In this document: positions 41,427 to 53,552 of the stretch, piece by piece
Layout of the letters: each line of letters opens with the position of its first letter
Numbering within the stretch: the first letter of the stretch is position 1
NCBI GenBank assembly: GCA_949286725.1
Contig: CASECZ010000005.1
Coordinates: 5,648 to 69,647 of the forward strand
Direction of reading: 5' to 3'
From: an uncultured Clostridia bacterium
Lineage (GTDB): Bacteria > Bacillota > Clostridia > Christensenellales > CAG-917
Length of the DNA stretch: 64,000 nucleotides
Translations under genes and position numbers: made by a program
The notes under the pieces: generated by a model
Told to the model about the DNA's origin: nothing
Database searches by the model: none
Seen by the model: only the letters and a program-made list of their open reading frames with translations

Positions 41427-43981
41427 ACTTTTCCGAAAACTACAAAGCCGCCCTCGACAAGGCGGTCGGGCTCGCCGCAAGAACGGGCGGGCTCGTTTGT
41501 ACGGAACACCTGCTTTACGGACTTGTCGCACAGAAAGGGTGTCTTGCTCAACAGATACTTTTGCAGTACGGCGTGGGCGAAAGCGAGGTGCTTACGCTTT
41601 TCAACATAGGAGACCCCGTGGGCGGGGTGTCCGTTTCGACGCGCGCTCAGCGCGCAATCGACCTCTCGCAGGTCGTGGCACAGAAGGTGCAGGCGGGACA
41701 GATAAACACCGAACATCTGCTTTACGCCCTTGCAGAGGACAAGACTTCTGTTGCGGCGGGTGTGCTGACGCGCAGATGGGGCATCGACCTCAACGTGTTG
41801 CAGACCAAACTCGCGCAGGCAATGACGGGACAAACCCAGACCAAGGAAAGACACGTCTACGACCTCAACGACCTCATCGACGGCATATTCGGCGAATTTT
41901 TCAATCCCTCGTTGCAACAGCAGTCGGGTGCGTCAAGACAATCCGCACAGCAACCCGAATTCTACCCCTACGGCGGAATGAGAAATCAGGACGAGCCGCC
42001 GCGCGCAAAACGCAGCGAAGGCGGTCTGTCGGAGGAACTGGCGCAGTTCGGCACCGACCTTACGCAGAAGGCAAGGGACGGCAAACTCGACCCCGTCATC
42101 GGCAGAGGAAAGGAAATAGAAAGGATAATACAAATTCTTTGTCGTCGCACCAAAAACAACCCCGTGCTGATTGGCGAACCGGGCGTCGGCAAATCCGCCA
42201 TAGTGGACGGGCTTGCGCAGGCAATCGTCAAAGGGCAGGTGCCCGACATACTGCGCGGCAAAATCGTGTTCTCGCTGGACATCACGTCTATGGTTGCGGG
42301 CACGCGCTATCGCGGCGATTTCGAAGAAAGACTGAAAAAGGCAATCGACGGCATAAAGAGCGCGGGCAACATAATCCTGTTTATAGACGAAATTCACACC
42401 ATACTCGGCACGGGCTCGACGGGAGAGGGCGGTCTCGATGTCGCCAACGTGCTGAAACCCATGCTTGCCCGCGGCGAATTGCAGACAATCGGCGCGACTA
42501 CAATCGAGGAGTACAGGAAGTATTTCGAGAAGGACGCCGCACTCGAACGCCGTTTCCAGCCCATTATGGTGGAACAGCCGTCCGTGTCCGACACGATAGA
42601 AATTCTGCAAGGGCTGAAAGAGAAGTACGAGCAGCACCACAAGGTGGAAATCACCGACGAGGCGATATCCTCGGCGGCAATCCTTTCCGACCGTTACATC
42701 ACGGACAGGTTCCTGCCCGACAAGGCAATCGACCTCATCGACGAGGCGGCGAGCCGCAAGAAGATACTCAACTTCACGACGCCTCCCGAAATCCGCAAAA
42801 TCGAGGAGAAAATCAAGGAAGTCGAGCTCAACAAGTCCGAGGCGGCGCGTCACGAGCAGTACGAGCGCGCGGACAAACTCAAACAGGAGCGCGACAACCT
42901 CGTCGAGCAGAAAGAGAAACTCGAAGCCGAATGGAAGAACAAGAGCAAGGACGTCAAACTCAGCATAGGCGAGGAGGACATCGCGGACATCGTGTCCGAC
43001 TGGACGGGCATACCCGTGCGCAAAATCACGGAAGGCGAGAGCGAGAAACTGCAACATCTCGAAGAAATCCTGCATAAGCGCGTCATCGGTCAGGACGAGG
43101 CGGTCGTTGCCGTCGCAAAGGCAATCAAGCGCGCCCGCGCAGGGCTCAAAGACCCCAAACGTCCCATCGGGTCGTTCATCTTCCTCGGTCCCACGGGCGT
43201 GGGCAAAACCGAACTCGCGAAAGCGCTTGCCGAGGCTATGTTCGGCGACGAAAACCTGCTCATCCGCGTGGATATGTCCGAGTATATGGAGAAACACAAC
43301 GTATCCAAACTGATAGGCTCCGCGCCGGGTTACGTCGGTTACGACGAGGGAGGGCAACTCACCGAAAAGGTGCGCAGAAAGCCCTATTCCGTCGTCCTGT
43401 TCGACGAAGTCGAAAAGGCGCACCCCGAAGTGTTCAACATACTGTTGCAAATCCTCGAAGACGGTCGTCTTACGGACAGTCACGGCAGAGTGGTCAGTTT
43501 TAAGAACACCATTGTCATCATGACGTCCAACATCGGCGCGTCCGAAATCGCGGCGGCGAAAGCGCCTCTCGGTTTCGGCACGGGTGCAAGCAAGGAAGAA
43601 GCCGCATACGAGAATATGAAGGAGCGCCAGATGCAAGCCCTCAAAGAGGCGATGAAACCCGAACTCATCAACCGTATCGATGAGATAATCTTCTTCCACC
43701 GCCTTACAAAAGACGACATCGAAAAGATTTCCGCCATTATGTTCGCGTCGCTTTCCAAACGTTTGGAAGAGCGCGACATCAGCGTTACCATCACGCAGGC
43801 GGCAAAGGATTACATTGTGTCGCAGGGTTACAACGAAGAGTACGGCGCAAGACCGTTGCGTCGCACGATACAGCGCCTCGTCGAGGACAAACTCAGCGAA
43901 ATGCTGCTTTCGGGCGAAATAGGGTCGGGTGACAAGGTCAACATCGATTTTGCGGACGGAGCCCTTACCTTCAAAAAATAA
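41423..43981 (+). CDS. clpC: ATP-dependent Clp protease ATP-binding subunit ClpC
   Basis: Clp_N repeats and two AAA+ modules ([11 protein letters not shown] and [12 protein letters not shown]). Start at MNFSENYK with an AAGGAG RBS, internal to ORF 41321-43981. Confidence 0.92.
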   Translation: MNFSENYKAALDKAVGLAARTGGLVCTEHLLYGLVAQKGCLAQQILLQYGVGESEVLTLFNIGDPVGGVSVSTRAQRAIDLSQVVAQKVQAGQINTEHLLYALAEDKTSVAAGVLTRRWGIDLNVLQTKLAQAMTGQTQTKERHVYDLNDLIDGIFGEFFNPSLQQQSGASRQSAQQPEFYPYGGMRNQDEPPRAKRSEGGLSEELAQFGTDLTQKARDGKLDPVIGRGKEIERIIQILCRRTKNNPVLIGEPGVGKSAIVDGLAQAIVKGQVPDILRGKIVFSLDITSMVAGTRYRGDFEERLKKAIDGIKSAGNIILFIDEIHTILGTGSTGEGGLDVANVLKPMLARGELQTIGATTIEEYRKYFEKDAALERRFQPIMVEQPSVSDTIEILQGLKEKYEQHHKVEITDEAISSAAILSDRYITDRFLPDKAIDLIDEAASRKKILNFTTPPEIRKIEEKIKEVELNKSEAARHEQYERADKLKQERDNLVEQKEKLEAEWKNKSKDVKLSIGEEDIADIVSDWTGIPVRKITEGESEKLQHLEEILHKRVIGQDEAVVAVAKAIKRARAGLKDPKRPIGSFIFLGPTGVGKTELAKALAEAMFGDENLLIRVDMSEYMEKHNVSKLIGSAPGYVGYDEGGQLTEKVRRKPYSVVLFDEVEKAHPEVFNILLQILEDGRLTDSHGRVVSFKNTIVIMTSNIGASEIAAAKAPLGFGTGASKEEAAYENMKERQMQALKEAMKPELINRIDEIIFFHRLTKDDIEKISAIMFASLSKRLEERDISVTITQAAKDYIVSQGYNEEYGARPLRRTIQRLVEDKLSEMLLSGEIGSGDKVNIDFADGALTFKK

Positions 43982-44026
43982 AACACAAACCGCCGCCGCA
44001 ATCTGCGGCGACGCACCGTCGAATTT

Positions 44027-44056
44027 AAAAACGCCCGTTGTTAAACGGGCGTTTTT
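44027..44056 (+). terminator. Intrinsic terminator after clpC
   Basis: AACGCCCGTT-gtta-AACGGGCGTT followed by TTT. Confidence 0.7.
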
Positions 44057-44171
44057 CCGTTGTTGCGCGTATCTTTCGGCGAATGCGGCGGGGTAATAGC
44101 GTGCTTATTCGTTTGCCTTGTTCGCGCGCGTGTGCTAGAATATAGTTCGTTCGGGAAATTGAATATCACTC

Positions 44172-44200
44172 TTGAATACGCCGATGAATTTTGATATAAT
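44172..44200 (+). promoter_or_regulatory. Promoter candidate for hpf
   Basis: TTGAAT, 17-nt spacer, TATAAT, 28 nt upstream of the ATG. Confidence 0.5.
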
Positions 44201-44228
44201 GTAATTACCAAAATTCGGAGGCACAACT

Positions 44229-44561
44229 ATGAAAATCGAAATCTTCGGAAAAGACTACAACGTCAGCGATTCGCTCAAAGCAATCACCGAAAAGAAGTGC
44301 GCCAAACTCGACAAGTATTTCCACGACGACGAAGACGCGGTTGCAAAATTCGTCGTTACGCTGGAAGGCGGAACCTACACCACGGATATGACCGTCGTCT
44401 ACCGCAGTCAATCCTACCGTGCAGAGGCGTCCTCTCCGTCTCCGTTCGACAACATCGACGAAGTGATACCGAGATTGCTCGGGCAAATCCGCAAACAGAA
44501 GGACATCTGGGGCAAGACCAAGAAAGGCTCCGAGAACGTCTACGAAGAAGCCGAAACCTGA
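44229..44561 (+). CDS. hpf: Ribosome hibernation factor (short HPF/RaiA family)
   Basis: MKIEIFGKDYNVSDSLKAITEKKCAKLDKYF...; 110 aa. Confidence 0.85.
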   Translation: MKIEIFGKDYNVSDSLKAITEKKCAKLDKYFHDDEDAVAKFVVTLEGGTYTTDMTVVYRSQSYRAEASSPSPFDNIDEVIPRLLGQIRKQKDIWGKTKKGSENVYEEAET

Positions 44562-44575
44562 TGAGGTGACGTTTT

Positions 44576-45367
44576 ATGAAAGTCGGCATATCGACCGCAA
44601 CGTTTTTTTCAAAAGTATTGACCGAGGACTCGTTCTCGGTCATTAAACGCTGCGGCGGAGATTGCGCCGAAGTCTTTTTGACGACCTATTCGGAATACGA
44701 GCCCGCTTTCGGCGACTTGCTTTGCGAGCGCCGCGACGGGCTCGAAGTCTATTCCGTACATTCGCTCAACACACAGTTCGAGCCGCAGCTTTTCAATTCC
44801 GCCGAACGTACGCGCAACGACGCCGAGGAGTTCTTCCGCAAGGTGCTGGCGATTGCGCGCAAACTCGGCGCGAAGTGTTATACTTTTCACGGCGGTACGC
44901 GTCTTAAAAAGACCTCGTTCGTTTCTCCCGAAAAGGTGGGGAAGCGTATGAGGGAACTGGGCGACATCGCACTCGAATACGGCGTGACGCTGTGTTTCGA
45001 AAACGTACACTGGGCGGCTTTCAATTCGCCCGAATTCTTTACGGAGGCAAAGGAGTATTGTCCCAACGTCGGGGCGGTGCTCGACATAAAACAGGCGCGT
45101 CAGAGCGGCCGCGACTGGCGGGAGTATCTCGACGTCATGGGCGACAGACTGCGCAACGTCCACATTTCCGACTGCGATGCGGCGGGAAACATAGCAATGA
45201 CGGGCAAAGGCGTTTTCCCCTTTGGGAAACTGGTTGCCGAACTCAAAACCCGCGGTTACGGCGGGCCGCTCATCATCGAACAATACGCGGGCGACTATAC
45301 TTCCTTTGACGAGGTCGCCGACGGCGTGAAATATATAAAAAACATTATCGGAGGCTTGTATGCTTAA
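44576..45367 (+). CDS. Sugar phosphate isomerase/epimerase (xylose-isomerase-like TIM barrel)
   Basis: 263 aa. The FENVHW, VLDIKQA and HISD segments are typical of AP-endonuclease-2/TIM-barrel family proteins. Confidence 0.7.
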   Translation: MKVGISTATFFSKVLTEDSFSVIKRCGGDCAEVFLTTYSEYEPAFGDLLCERRDGLEVYSVHSLNTQFEPQLFNSAERTRNDAEEFFRKVLAIARKLGAKCYTFHGGTRLKKTSFVSPEKVGKRMRELGDIALEYGVTLCFENVHWAAFNSPEFFTEAKEYCPNVGAVLDIKQARQSGRDWREYLDVMGDRLRNVHISDCDAAGNIAMTGKGVFPFGKLVAELKTRGYGGPLIIEQYAGDYTSFDEVADGVKYIKNIIGGLYA

Positions 45368-46748
45368 ATTCGATTTCAACAATATGACAGAGAAATTCAT
45401 AGGCTCGGAAGGTTTCACCGACGCCGAACTCGCAGCCCTCGCGCCCGAAGCGCGCAAAGCGCACGAAGCGTTCGGCAAAATGCGCGGCACGGGTATGACC
45501 GCCTGGGCGGATCTGCCTTACAATCAGGACGCAATAGCCGACGACATCATCGCAACGGCGGCGGAAGTCAGAAAGAATTTCGATAATTTCGTCGTGCTGG
45601 GTATCGGCGGCAGCGCGCTCGGTCCCATTGCCGTGTTCACCGCGCTGTGCCATTTCCGTTACAACGACCTGCCCGCCGGTAAACGCGGCGTCAAGTTCTT
45701 TGTCGAGGACAACGTAGACCCCGAAAGAATGGCGGCGCTCCTCGACGTAATCGACGTGAAACGCACTATGTTCAACGTCATCACAAAAAGCGGCGCGACC
45801 AGCGAAACGATGAGCCAGTATCTCATCATTTCCGACATTCTCAAAAAAGCCGTGGGCAAGGACTGGAACAAGCACATCATCGCCACCACGTCCGAAAGCA
45901 AAGGCAACCTCATCAAACTTGCCAAGAAAGAGGGCTTCAAAACCTTTTACATTCCCGACGGCGTCGGCGGACGTTTCTCCGAACTGTGTCCCGTGGGTCT
46001 GCTTCCCGCCGCGGTGCTCGGCATCGACATCAAGGGGTTGCTCAAAGGTGCCGCCGATATGGACAAGGCGTGCGCCGACGGCGATATGTTCCGCAACTCC
46101 GCGCTTATGGCGGCGGCTTTGCAGTACGGCGCGATGAAGAAGGGCAAGAACGTTTCCGTTATGATGCCTTACGCCGATTCCCTCAAATTTATGGCGGACT
46201 GGTATTGCCAGTTGTGGGGCGAAAGCCTCGGCAAGGCGGTAGACCTCGACGGCAAAGTCGTCAATGCGGGTCAGACCCCCGTCAAAGCGCTCGGCGTGAC
46301 CGACCAGCACTCCCAGGTTCAGCTTTACACCGAAGGTCCCTTCGACAAGGTCATCACCATAATCGGCGTCGAGAAGTTCCGCACCGACGTTACCATTGCG
46401 GACGGAGCGGAGGAGTTCCCCGACGTCAATTTCCTGTGCGGTCACACGATGGGCGAACTCATCAACACCGAACGCGTCGCCACCGAATACGCGCTTACGC
46501 GTTCCAAGCATATGAACAACACCGTTCTGTTGCCCGAAGTCAACGCCGAAACGGTGGGGCAATTGCTCATGTTCTTCCAGTTGCAGACGGCATATTGCGG
46601 AGCTATGCTCAATATCGACACTTTCAATCAGCCCGGTGTCGAAGAAGGCAAGAACGCGACTTACGCGCTGTTCGAACGCAAGGGTTACGAGGCAAAGAAA
46701 GCCGAACTCGACGCCGCACCCAAGAAAGAGGCGGCATACATCATCTGA
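45360..46748 (+). CDS. pgi: Glucose-6-phosphate isomerase
   Basis: 462 aa. VVLGIGGSALGP, TKSGATSET and GGRFSELC motifs. Confidence 0.92.
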   Translation: MLKFDFNNMTEKFIGSEGFTDAELAALAPEARKAHEAFGKMRGTGMTAWADLPYNQDAIADDIIATAAEVRKNFDNFVVLGIGGSALGPIAVFTALCHFRYNDLPAGKRGVKFFVEDNVDPERMAALLDVIDVKRTMFNVITKSGATSETMSQYLIISDILKKAVGKDWNKHIIATTSESKGNLIKLAKKEGFKTFYIPDGVGGRFSELCPVGLLPAAVLGIDIKGLLKGAADMDKACADGDMFRNSALMAAALQYGAMKKGKNVSVMMPYADSLKFMADWYCQLWGESLGKAVDLDGKVVNAGQTPVKALGVTDQHSQVQLYTEGPFDKVITIIGVEKFRTDVTIADGAEEFPDVNFLCGHTMGELINTERVATEYALTRSKHMNNTVLLPEVNAETVGQLLMFFQLQTAYCGAMLNIDTFNQPGVEEGKNATYALFERKGYEAKKAELDAAPKKEAAYII

Positions 46749-46801
46749 CGGTTTACCTGCGGGGCGGCGGCGATATCCGCCGCTTCCGACGAAGGAGAAA
46801 T

Positions 46802-47380
46802 ATGTACACTTTTTACGCGCTGTTGAACAGAATGAAACTCATTCAGCGGTGGAGCCTTATGCGCTCGACCACCAAAGAGGACCTGATGCAGCACGCCGCG
46901 CACGTGGCGATAATAGGGCAGGCGCTGGGCATAATCCGCAACACCTATTACGGCGGCAACGTCAACACGGACAAAATCGCCGCGCTCGCGCTCTATCACG
47001 ACACGGCGGAAGTGGTGAGCGGCGACCTGCCCACGCCCATTAAGTACTACGGACCCAAAATCAAGAGTGCGTACAGCGAAATCGAAAGGGTCATCAACCA
47101 AAAGCTTCTCAAATCGCTTCCCGCCGAAATGTCCGACAAATACGCCGAATACATTCAGCCCGACGAAACGACGGAGGAGTACAAGCTGATGAAAATCGCC
47201 GACAAACTGTCGGCGTACATCAAGTGCATAGACGAGAGATTTTCCGGCAACCAGGAATTCGACGCGGCGTACAACCGTCTGAAAAAACAGTTGGACGGAA
47301 TGACGGAAGAGTATCCGGAACTCAAATTCTTCCTCGACAATTTCGCGGAAGGGTACGGGCAGTCGCTGGACATTCTGTGA
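46802..47380 (+). CDS. HD-domain 5'-deoxynucleotidase (YfbR-like)
   Basis: LNRMKLIQRWSLMRSTTKEDLMQHAAHVAI...LYHDTAEVVSGDLPTP. Internal start within ORF 45986-47380. Confidence 0.8.
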   Translation: MYTFYALLNRMKLIQRWSLMRSTTKEDLMQHAAHVAIIGQALGIIRNTYYGGNVNTDKIAALALYHDTAEVVSGDLPTPIKYYGPKIKSAYSEIERVINQKLLKSLPAEMSDKYAEYIQPDETTEEYKLMKIADKLSAYIKCIDERFSGNQEFDAAYNRLKKQLDGMTEEYPELKFFLDNFAEGYGQSLDIL

Positions 47381-47381
47381 T

Positions 47382-48446
47382 ATGTTGCGGTTCGTCGGCG
47401 TCACCAAACAATACCTTTACGGCGCGCGACTGTTCGGCGCGCTCGACCTCACCGTTGCGGACGGCGAGATAATCGCCGTATACGGCGACGAAGGCGCGGG
47501 CAAGACCTCCTTCCTCAAAACCGCGGCAGGCGCGGAAGAGTGCGAGGGCGAAGTGCTCCTCGACGGCAAGAAGGTCGGCGGCAGAACCGACGACGTGATA
47601 ATGGTGTTCGAAGACGGAGCCGTTTTCAAATGGCGCACCGCGTTCGACAATCTCGCGTATCCTCTGAAACTGCGCGGCACGGACAAGGTTGAGATTGCCT
47701 CTCGCGTGCTTGCGGCGGCGGAAAAGACGGGTATAGGCGGCGTTTGCCTGAACCTGCGCGCACGTTCGCTCAGCGCGGCGGAAAGGCGCAGGATGTCGCT
47801 TGCCCGACTGTTCCTGCGCGACGCGAAACTGCTTGTCATAGACGAACCCACGGCAGGGCTTTCCCGAAAGGAAGCGGAGAGCCTGTGGTCGGACGTTGCG
47901 CCCTTGCTCAAAGAGAAAGCGGCGCAGGGCGTGACCGTGATATATTCCACCTCGTCGCGTGAAGAGGCACTCTCGATATGCGACAGGTTAGTGGTATTGC
48001 ATAACGGCGAAGTCAAGCAGATAGCCTCCGTGCCCGAAATCCTGCGCGACCCCGAGAACGTGTGGGCGGCGCAAGCGGTGGACGGAAATTACAATTACGA
48101 AAAATGCCTTTTATCCGACGAAAACGGCGCGTTAAACATCGTTTTCCGCAACGGGAAACGGATTTCCGCCGAGGTGTTCCGCGGCAAAATCGCGGAAGGT
48201 TACGTCGGCAAAGAGGTGTTGTGCGGGTGGTATCCGACAAAGAGCGCGACGGCGTGCGGAAGCGCGCGCGAAGGGTTTTCGGAGCGCGTCGTCTATTCCG
48301 TCGCAGACCGTTACGGGCGTACGCTGACCACGAAAAGCGGGTTGCGCACGCGCAGCGACGCCGACGCGGAAACCGCGGACGCATACCCCTGCGAGGACGG
48401 GTTCGCGCTGTTCGACGCGACCAACGAAAACAGCATAACGAAATGA
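47382..48446 (+). CDS. MalK/UgpC-like ABC ATPase with degenerate signature and H-loop, no adjacent permease
   Basis: Walker A GDEGAGKTS and Walker B LLVIDEPTAGL are present. The signature reads LSAAERRR (instead of LSGGQ). The H-loop region reads YSTSSREEA, with no His. A TOBE-like C-terminus is present. Confidence 0.7.
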   Translation: MLRFVGVTKQYLYGARLFGALDLTVADGEIIAVYGDEGAGKTSFLKTAAGAEECEGEVLLDGKKVGGRTDDVIMVFEDGAVFKWRTAFDNLAYPLKLRGTDKVEIASRVLAAAEKTGIGGVCLNLRARSLSAAERRRMSLARLFLRDAKLLVIDEPTAGLSRKEAESLWSDVAPLLKEKAAQGVTVIYSTSSREEALSICDRLVVLHNGEVKQIASVPEILRDPENVWAAQAVDGNYNYEKCLLSDENGALNIVFRNGKRISAEVFRGKIAEGYVGKEVLCGWYPTKSATACGSAREGFSERVVYSVADRYGRTLTTKSGLRTRSDADAETADAYPCEDGFALFDATNENSITK

Positions 48447-48456
48447 GGTGCCTGCG

Positions 48457-48954
48457 ATGGTGATTTTGGGTATAGACCCCGGTCTTGCGACTATGGGCTA
48501 CGGCGTCATCGAGGCGGAGAGAGGCAATTTCTCCGTCGTGGATTACGGCGTCGTCACCACGCCCAAGGATCTGACTTTGCCGCAGAGGCTGGTCAGGATC
48601 GAGGAAGGCGTGCGTGCACTCATCGAGAAGTTCAGACCGCAGAACGTCGCCGTCGAGGAACTCTTCTTTTCAAAGAACATAACCAACGGAATCATGGTTG
48701 CCGAGGCACGCGGGGTAATACTGCTCACCGCCAACAAACTCGTGGGCGACGAAGTGTTCGAGTACACGCCCAATCAGATCAAGCAGGCGATCACGGGTTA
48801 CGGCGGCGCGGACAAGATGCAGATGCAGCTTATGGTGCAGGCGCTCCTGCGGCTCAAAAAAGTACCTCGTCCCGACGACGCGGCGGACGCACTTGCAGTC
48901 GCGCTGTGCCACGGTCAGACGAGCAGGCTCGCCACCGAGTTCCGCGTAAGATAG
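48457..48954 (+). CDS. ruvC: Crossover junction endodeoxyribonuclease RuvC
   Basis: MVILGIDPGLATMGYGVIE...; GAGGTG RBS 7 nt upstream of the ATG at 48457. Confidence 0.9.
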   Translation: MVILGIDPGLATMGYGVIEAERGNFSVVDYGVVTTPKDLTLPQRLVRIEEGVRALIEKFRPQNVAVEELFFSKNITNGIMVAEARGVILLTANKLVGDEVFEYTPNQIKQAITGYGGADKMQMQLMVQALLRLKKVPRPDDAADALAVALCHGQTSRLATEFRVR

Positions 48955-48993
48955 CAAAGCAACAGGGATTACGGGGCGACCCGAGAGGTAAAT

Positions 48994-49581
48994 ATGTATA
49001 ATTATATCAAAGGCAAAGTCGTCGAAGTCGGGCTTGACAAACTCGTGCTCGAAAACAACGGCATAGGTTACGAACTGGGCGTCAGCGGCAACACGCTCGC
49101 CGACGTTTCCGCCGCTATGGGCGCGGAGATGAAAGTGTTTACCTACCTTTACGTGCGCGAGGACACCTTTGCGCTGTACGGGTTTTCGCGCGCGGAGGAA
49201 AAGACGCTGTTTATGCGCCTTATCGAGATAAGCGGCATAGGTCCCAAACTCGCTATGCAGATACTCGGCGGGTACGACCTCGCGACGCTTACGGTGGCAA
49301 TCGCCACGGGCGACGTTAAGACGCTTTCCAAAATCAAGGGGTTGGGAAAGAAGACGGCGGAGCTCATCGTACTCAATCTGCGCGAGCAGCTCGCCGACGA
49401 AATGTCCGACGTAAGCACGGACATCGGCGGGGCAATGGACGCCGACCTGTCGGACGCCATATTCGCGTTGGTGTCGCTCGGCGTGAGCAACACCGAGGCG
49501 GTGCGCGCCGTACAGACCGCGGCAAAGACGGCGAGCGGAGTGGAAAACATCATAGCCGCAGCTCTCAAACTCATAGGCTGA
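48994..49581 (+). CDS. ruvA: Holliday junction helicase subunit RuvA
   Basis: [12 protein letters not shown]...[16 protein letters not shown] (HhH motifs). Confidence 0.92.
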   Translation: MYNYIKGKVVEVGLDKLVLENNGIGYELGVSGNTLADVSAAMGAEMKVFTYLYVREDTFALYGFSRAEEKTLFMRLIEISGIGPKLAMQILGGYDLATLTVAIATGDVKTLSKIKGLGKKTAELIVLNLREQLADEMSDVSTDIGGAMDADLSDAIFALVSLGVSNTEAVRAVQTAAKTASGVENIIAAALKLIG

Positions 49582-49636
49582 AAGCCGTTGCAATCGAAAT
49601 AACGTTTCGCGGCAGTTTGTCCGCGACAGGAACAAT

Positions 49637-50683
49637 ATGGACGACGAAAGAATTGTAAGCAGTCTTACCCTCGAAGAAGACGACGCCGAGAGCACGTTGC
49701 GCCCTCGGTGTATGGCGGATTACGTAGGACAGGACAAAATCAAAAAGAACCTCGAAGTTTACATCTCCGCGGCAAAGGCGCGCGGCGAGGCGCTCGACCA
49801 CGTTTTGTTGTACGGTCCTCCCGGGCTCGGCAAAACCACGCTTGCGCACGTGATAGCCAACGAACTCGGCGCGCAGATACGCGTGACGTCGGGTCCTGCA
49901 ATCGAACGCGCCGCCGACCTTGCGGCAATCCTGACCAACCTCGAAAAAGGCGACATTCTTTTCATCGACGAGATACACCGCCTCAACCGCAACATAGAAG
50001 AAGTGCTTTATCCCGCAATGGAAGACTTTTCGCTGGATTTCGTATCCGGCAAAGGCCCTATGGCAAGAAGCATACGTCTTCCGCTCAAAAAATTCACGCT
50101 GATAGGCGCGACGACGAGAGCGGGTATGCTGTCCAGTCCTTTGCGCGACCGTTTCGGAATGCTTATGCGCCTCGAAATGTATTCTCCCGCGGAGATAGCG
50201 CGCATAGTGCGCCGCTCGTCGGGAATACTCGGCATAGACATTGCCGCAAACGCCGCGGAAGAGATTGCGCGCCGCAGCAGGGGTACTCCGCGCGTTGCGA
50301 ACAGACTTCTGCGCCGTGTGCGCGATTTCGCGCAGGTCGAGGGGTTGGAAGTCATCGACACCGAGGTTACGCGCAAGGCTCTCCGACTTATGGACGTGGA
50401 CGAACTCGGGCTGGACGTCGTTGACAGAACGGTGCTCGAAGCCATAATCGACAAGTTCGGCGGCGGACCCGTCGGACTCGATACGCTTGCCGCCGCAACG
50501 GGCGAAGAGGCAAGCACCATAGAGGACGTGGTGGAACCCTTCCTCATTCAGTTGGGATTTATCGGCAGAACCCCGCGCGGCAGAGTGTGCACGGCAAACG
50601 CCTACAAGCACCTCGGCAGAGCGGTGCCGCAGCCCAAAGGCGTCATTCAGACCAGCTTATTCGACGACGAGGACAACGCTTGA
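49637..50683 (+). CDS. ruvB: Holliday junction helicase subunit RuvB
   Basis: [27 protein letters not shown] and DEIHRL motifs. Confidence 0.95.
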   Translation: MDDERIVSSLTLEEDDAESTLRPRCMADYVGQDKIKKNLEVYISAAKARGEALDHVLLYGPPGLGKTTLAHVIANELGAQIRVTSGPAIERAADLAAILTNLEKGDILFIDEIHRLNRNIEEVLYPAMEDFSLDFVSGKGPMARSIRLPLKKFTLIGATTRAGMLSSPLRDRFGMLMRLEMYSPAEIARIVRRSSGILGIDIAANAAEEIARRSRGTPRVANRLLRRVRDFAQVEGLEVIDTEVTRKALRLMDVDELGLDVVDRTVLEAIIDKFGGGPVGLDTLAAATGEEASTIEDVVEPFLIQLGFIGRTPRGRVCTANAYKHLGRAVPQPKGVIQTSLFDDEDNA

Positions 50684-51714
50684 TGGAAGGACTGAAAACG
50701 CACGACTATTATTACGACCTGCCCGAGGAACTGATCGCGCAAACGCCCGTCGAACCCCGCGACGCAAGCAGGCTTCTGGTTTACGACAGGAAAGCGGACG
50801 CAATCACGCACGCGCATTTTCGCGACTTGCCCGACTTTTTGAGGGAGGGCGATTTGCTGGTCATCAACAACACGCGCGTCATACCCGCGCGCATTTTCGG
50901 CACAATCGAGGGCAAACAGACGGTGTTCGAACTGTTGCTTCTGAAACGTATCGACTATACGCACTGGGAAACCATAATGCGCCCCGCCCGCAAAGCGAGG
51001 CTCAACAGCGTCATCAAAATCAGTGACGAACTGACCGCCGTTGTGGAAAAAATCGACGATTACGGCGCGCGGACGGTAAGGTTCGAATTCGACGGCGTTT
51101 TCGAGGACATTCTCGACAGAGTGGGCAATATGCCTCTGCCGCCTTATATCCACGAAAAACTCGCCGACAAGGAAAGATATCAGACCGTTTACAGCCGCGT
51201 CGACGGCTCTGCCGCCGCTCCCACGGCGGGCTTGCATTTCACTCCCGAACTTATGGACAAGGTTCGCGCAAAGGGCGCGGAATTCGCCGAAGTGCTGTTG
51301 CATATAGGGCTGGGCACTTTTCGTCCTGTCAAAGCCGAAAATATTCTCGACCACGAAATGCACTCGGAATATTACGAAATCGACGAGGCAACGGCGGAGA
51401 AAATCAACGCAGCAAAACGCGAGGGCAGAAGGGTCATCGCGGTTGGCACGACTTCGGTGCGCGTTCTTGAAACCGTGGCGGACGAAAACGGGTTTGTCAA
51501 AGCGGCGAGAGGGGACACAAAGATATTCATTTATCCGACCTACAAGTTCAAATGCGTGGACGCGCTGATAACGAATTTTCACCTGCCCGAGTCCACTCTC
51601 ATAATGTTGGTGTCGGCTTTTGCAGGGCGTGAAAACACACTTAAAGTGTACGAAACGGCAGTTAAAGAGCGTTATCGGTTCTTTTCTTTCGGTGACAGCT
51701 GCTTTTTCTGCTGA
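50683..51714 (+). CDS. queA: S-adenosylmethionine:tRNA ribosyltransferase-isomerase
   Basis: [33 protein letters not shown]. The start overlaps the ruvB stop (TGATG). Confidence 0.92.
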   Translation: MEGLKTHDYYYDLPEELIAQTPVEPRDASRLLVYDRKADAITHAHFRDLPDFLREGDLLVINNTRVIPARIFGTIEGKQTVFELLLLKRIDYTHWETIMRPARKARLNSVIKISDELTAVVEKIDDYGARTVRFEFDGVFEDILDRVGNMPLPPYIHEKLADKERYQTVYSRVDGSAAAPTAGLHFTPELMDKVRAKGAEFAEVLLHIGLGTFRPVKAENILDHEMHSEYYEIDEATAEKINAAKREGRRVIAVGTTSVRVLETVADENGFVKAARGDTKIFIYPTYKFKCVDALITNFHLPESTLIMLVSAFAGRENTLKVYETAVKERYRFFSFGDSCFFC

Positions 51715-52839
<1,125 letters not shown>

Positions 52840-52961
52840 AATTGAAAAGTCGTTTGAAATCAGTTGATTTTATCAACAATTTATGTATAATGTCTTTGTA
52901 AACAAACAATAAATGCGCGCTCTGTTGCGGACAGCACGTCGGCGCGAACAAGGAGATAATA

Positions 52962-53480
52962 ATGTTCAATTCCCTTTTGGCAGCCTGGAACCAGTCTTAC
53001 ACGATGTACATCATCATCGCGGTCGTGCTGGTACTTATGATAGTGCTCACCATCATTCCCCAAAAGAAACGTCAGAAACAGCAACAGGAAATGATGAACA
53101 GCCTCGCCGTCGGCACCAAGATTATGACCATCGGCAGAATGGTCGGCAAGATTACGCAAATCAACGCCGATAACACTCTCATCGTCAACGTCGGCACCGA
53201 GAACAGCCCCACGCTCATCGTCATCGACAGAAACGCGGTCGGTCTTGTGCTCGAAAACGTAGCCGCACCCGCTCCCGCTCCTGCCGCCGAACCCGTGGTG
53301 GAAGACGCTCCCGCCGCACCCGAGGCCAAGGAAGAAGTCTTTGCCGCAGAAGAGAAACCCGCCGAGCCCGCAGCAGAGGAAATCAACGCGGAAGAAATTT
53401 CCGCAGACGATGCTCCCGCGGCAGAGGAAGCTTCCGCAGAGGAAGTCAAACCCGCAGGCAAGAAGAAATCCAAAAAGTAA
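52962..53480 (+). CDS. yajC: Preprotein translocase subunit YajC with a long Ala/Pro/Glu-rich C-terminal extension
   Basis: TM segment followed by PQKKRQKQQQEMMNSLAVGTKIMTIGRMVGKI, then about 80 aa of low-complexity sequence. Confidence 0.85.
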   Translation: MFNSLLAAWNQSYTMYIIIAVVLVLMIVLTIIPQKKRQKQQQEMMNSLAVGTKIMTIGRMVGKITQINADNTLIVNVGTENSPTLIVIDRNAVGLVLENVAAPAPAPAAEPVVEDAPAAPEAKEEVFAAEEKPAEPAAEEINAEEISADDAPAAEEASAEEVKPAGKKKSKK

Positions 53481-53493
53481 TTCACGGATAACG

Positions 53494-53523
53494 AACAACC
53501 GCCCTTTGGGCGGTTGTTTTTTT
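53494..53523 (+). terminator. Intrinsic terminator after yajC
   Basis: AACAACCGCCC-ttt-GGGCGGTTGTT followed by TTTTT. Confidence 0.7.
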
Positions 53524-53552
53524 ATGTCGCGACAGTCGGGGAAGGGCGGCGG

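Noticed and set aside
43982-44228. raiA-motif RNA upstream of hpf
   Set aside because: The interval is taken up by the clpC terminator and a promoter that lies only about 28 nt from the ATG. That leaves no room for a structured RNA of roughly 200 nt, and I cannot recognise the motif.
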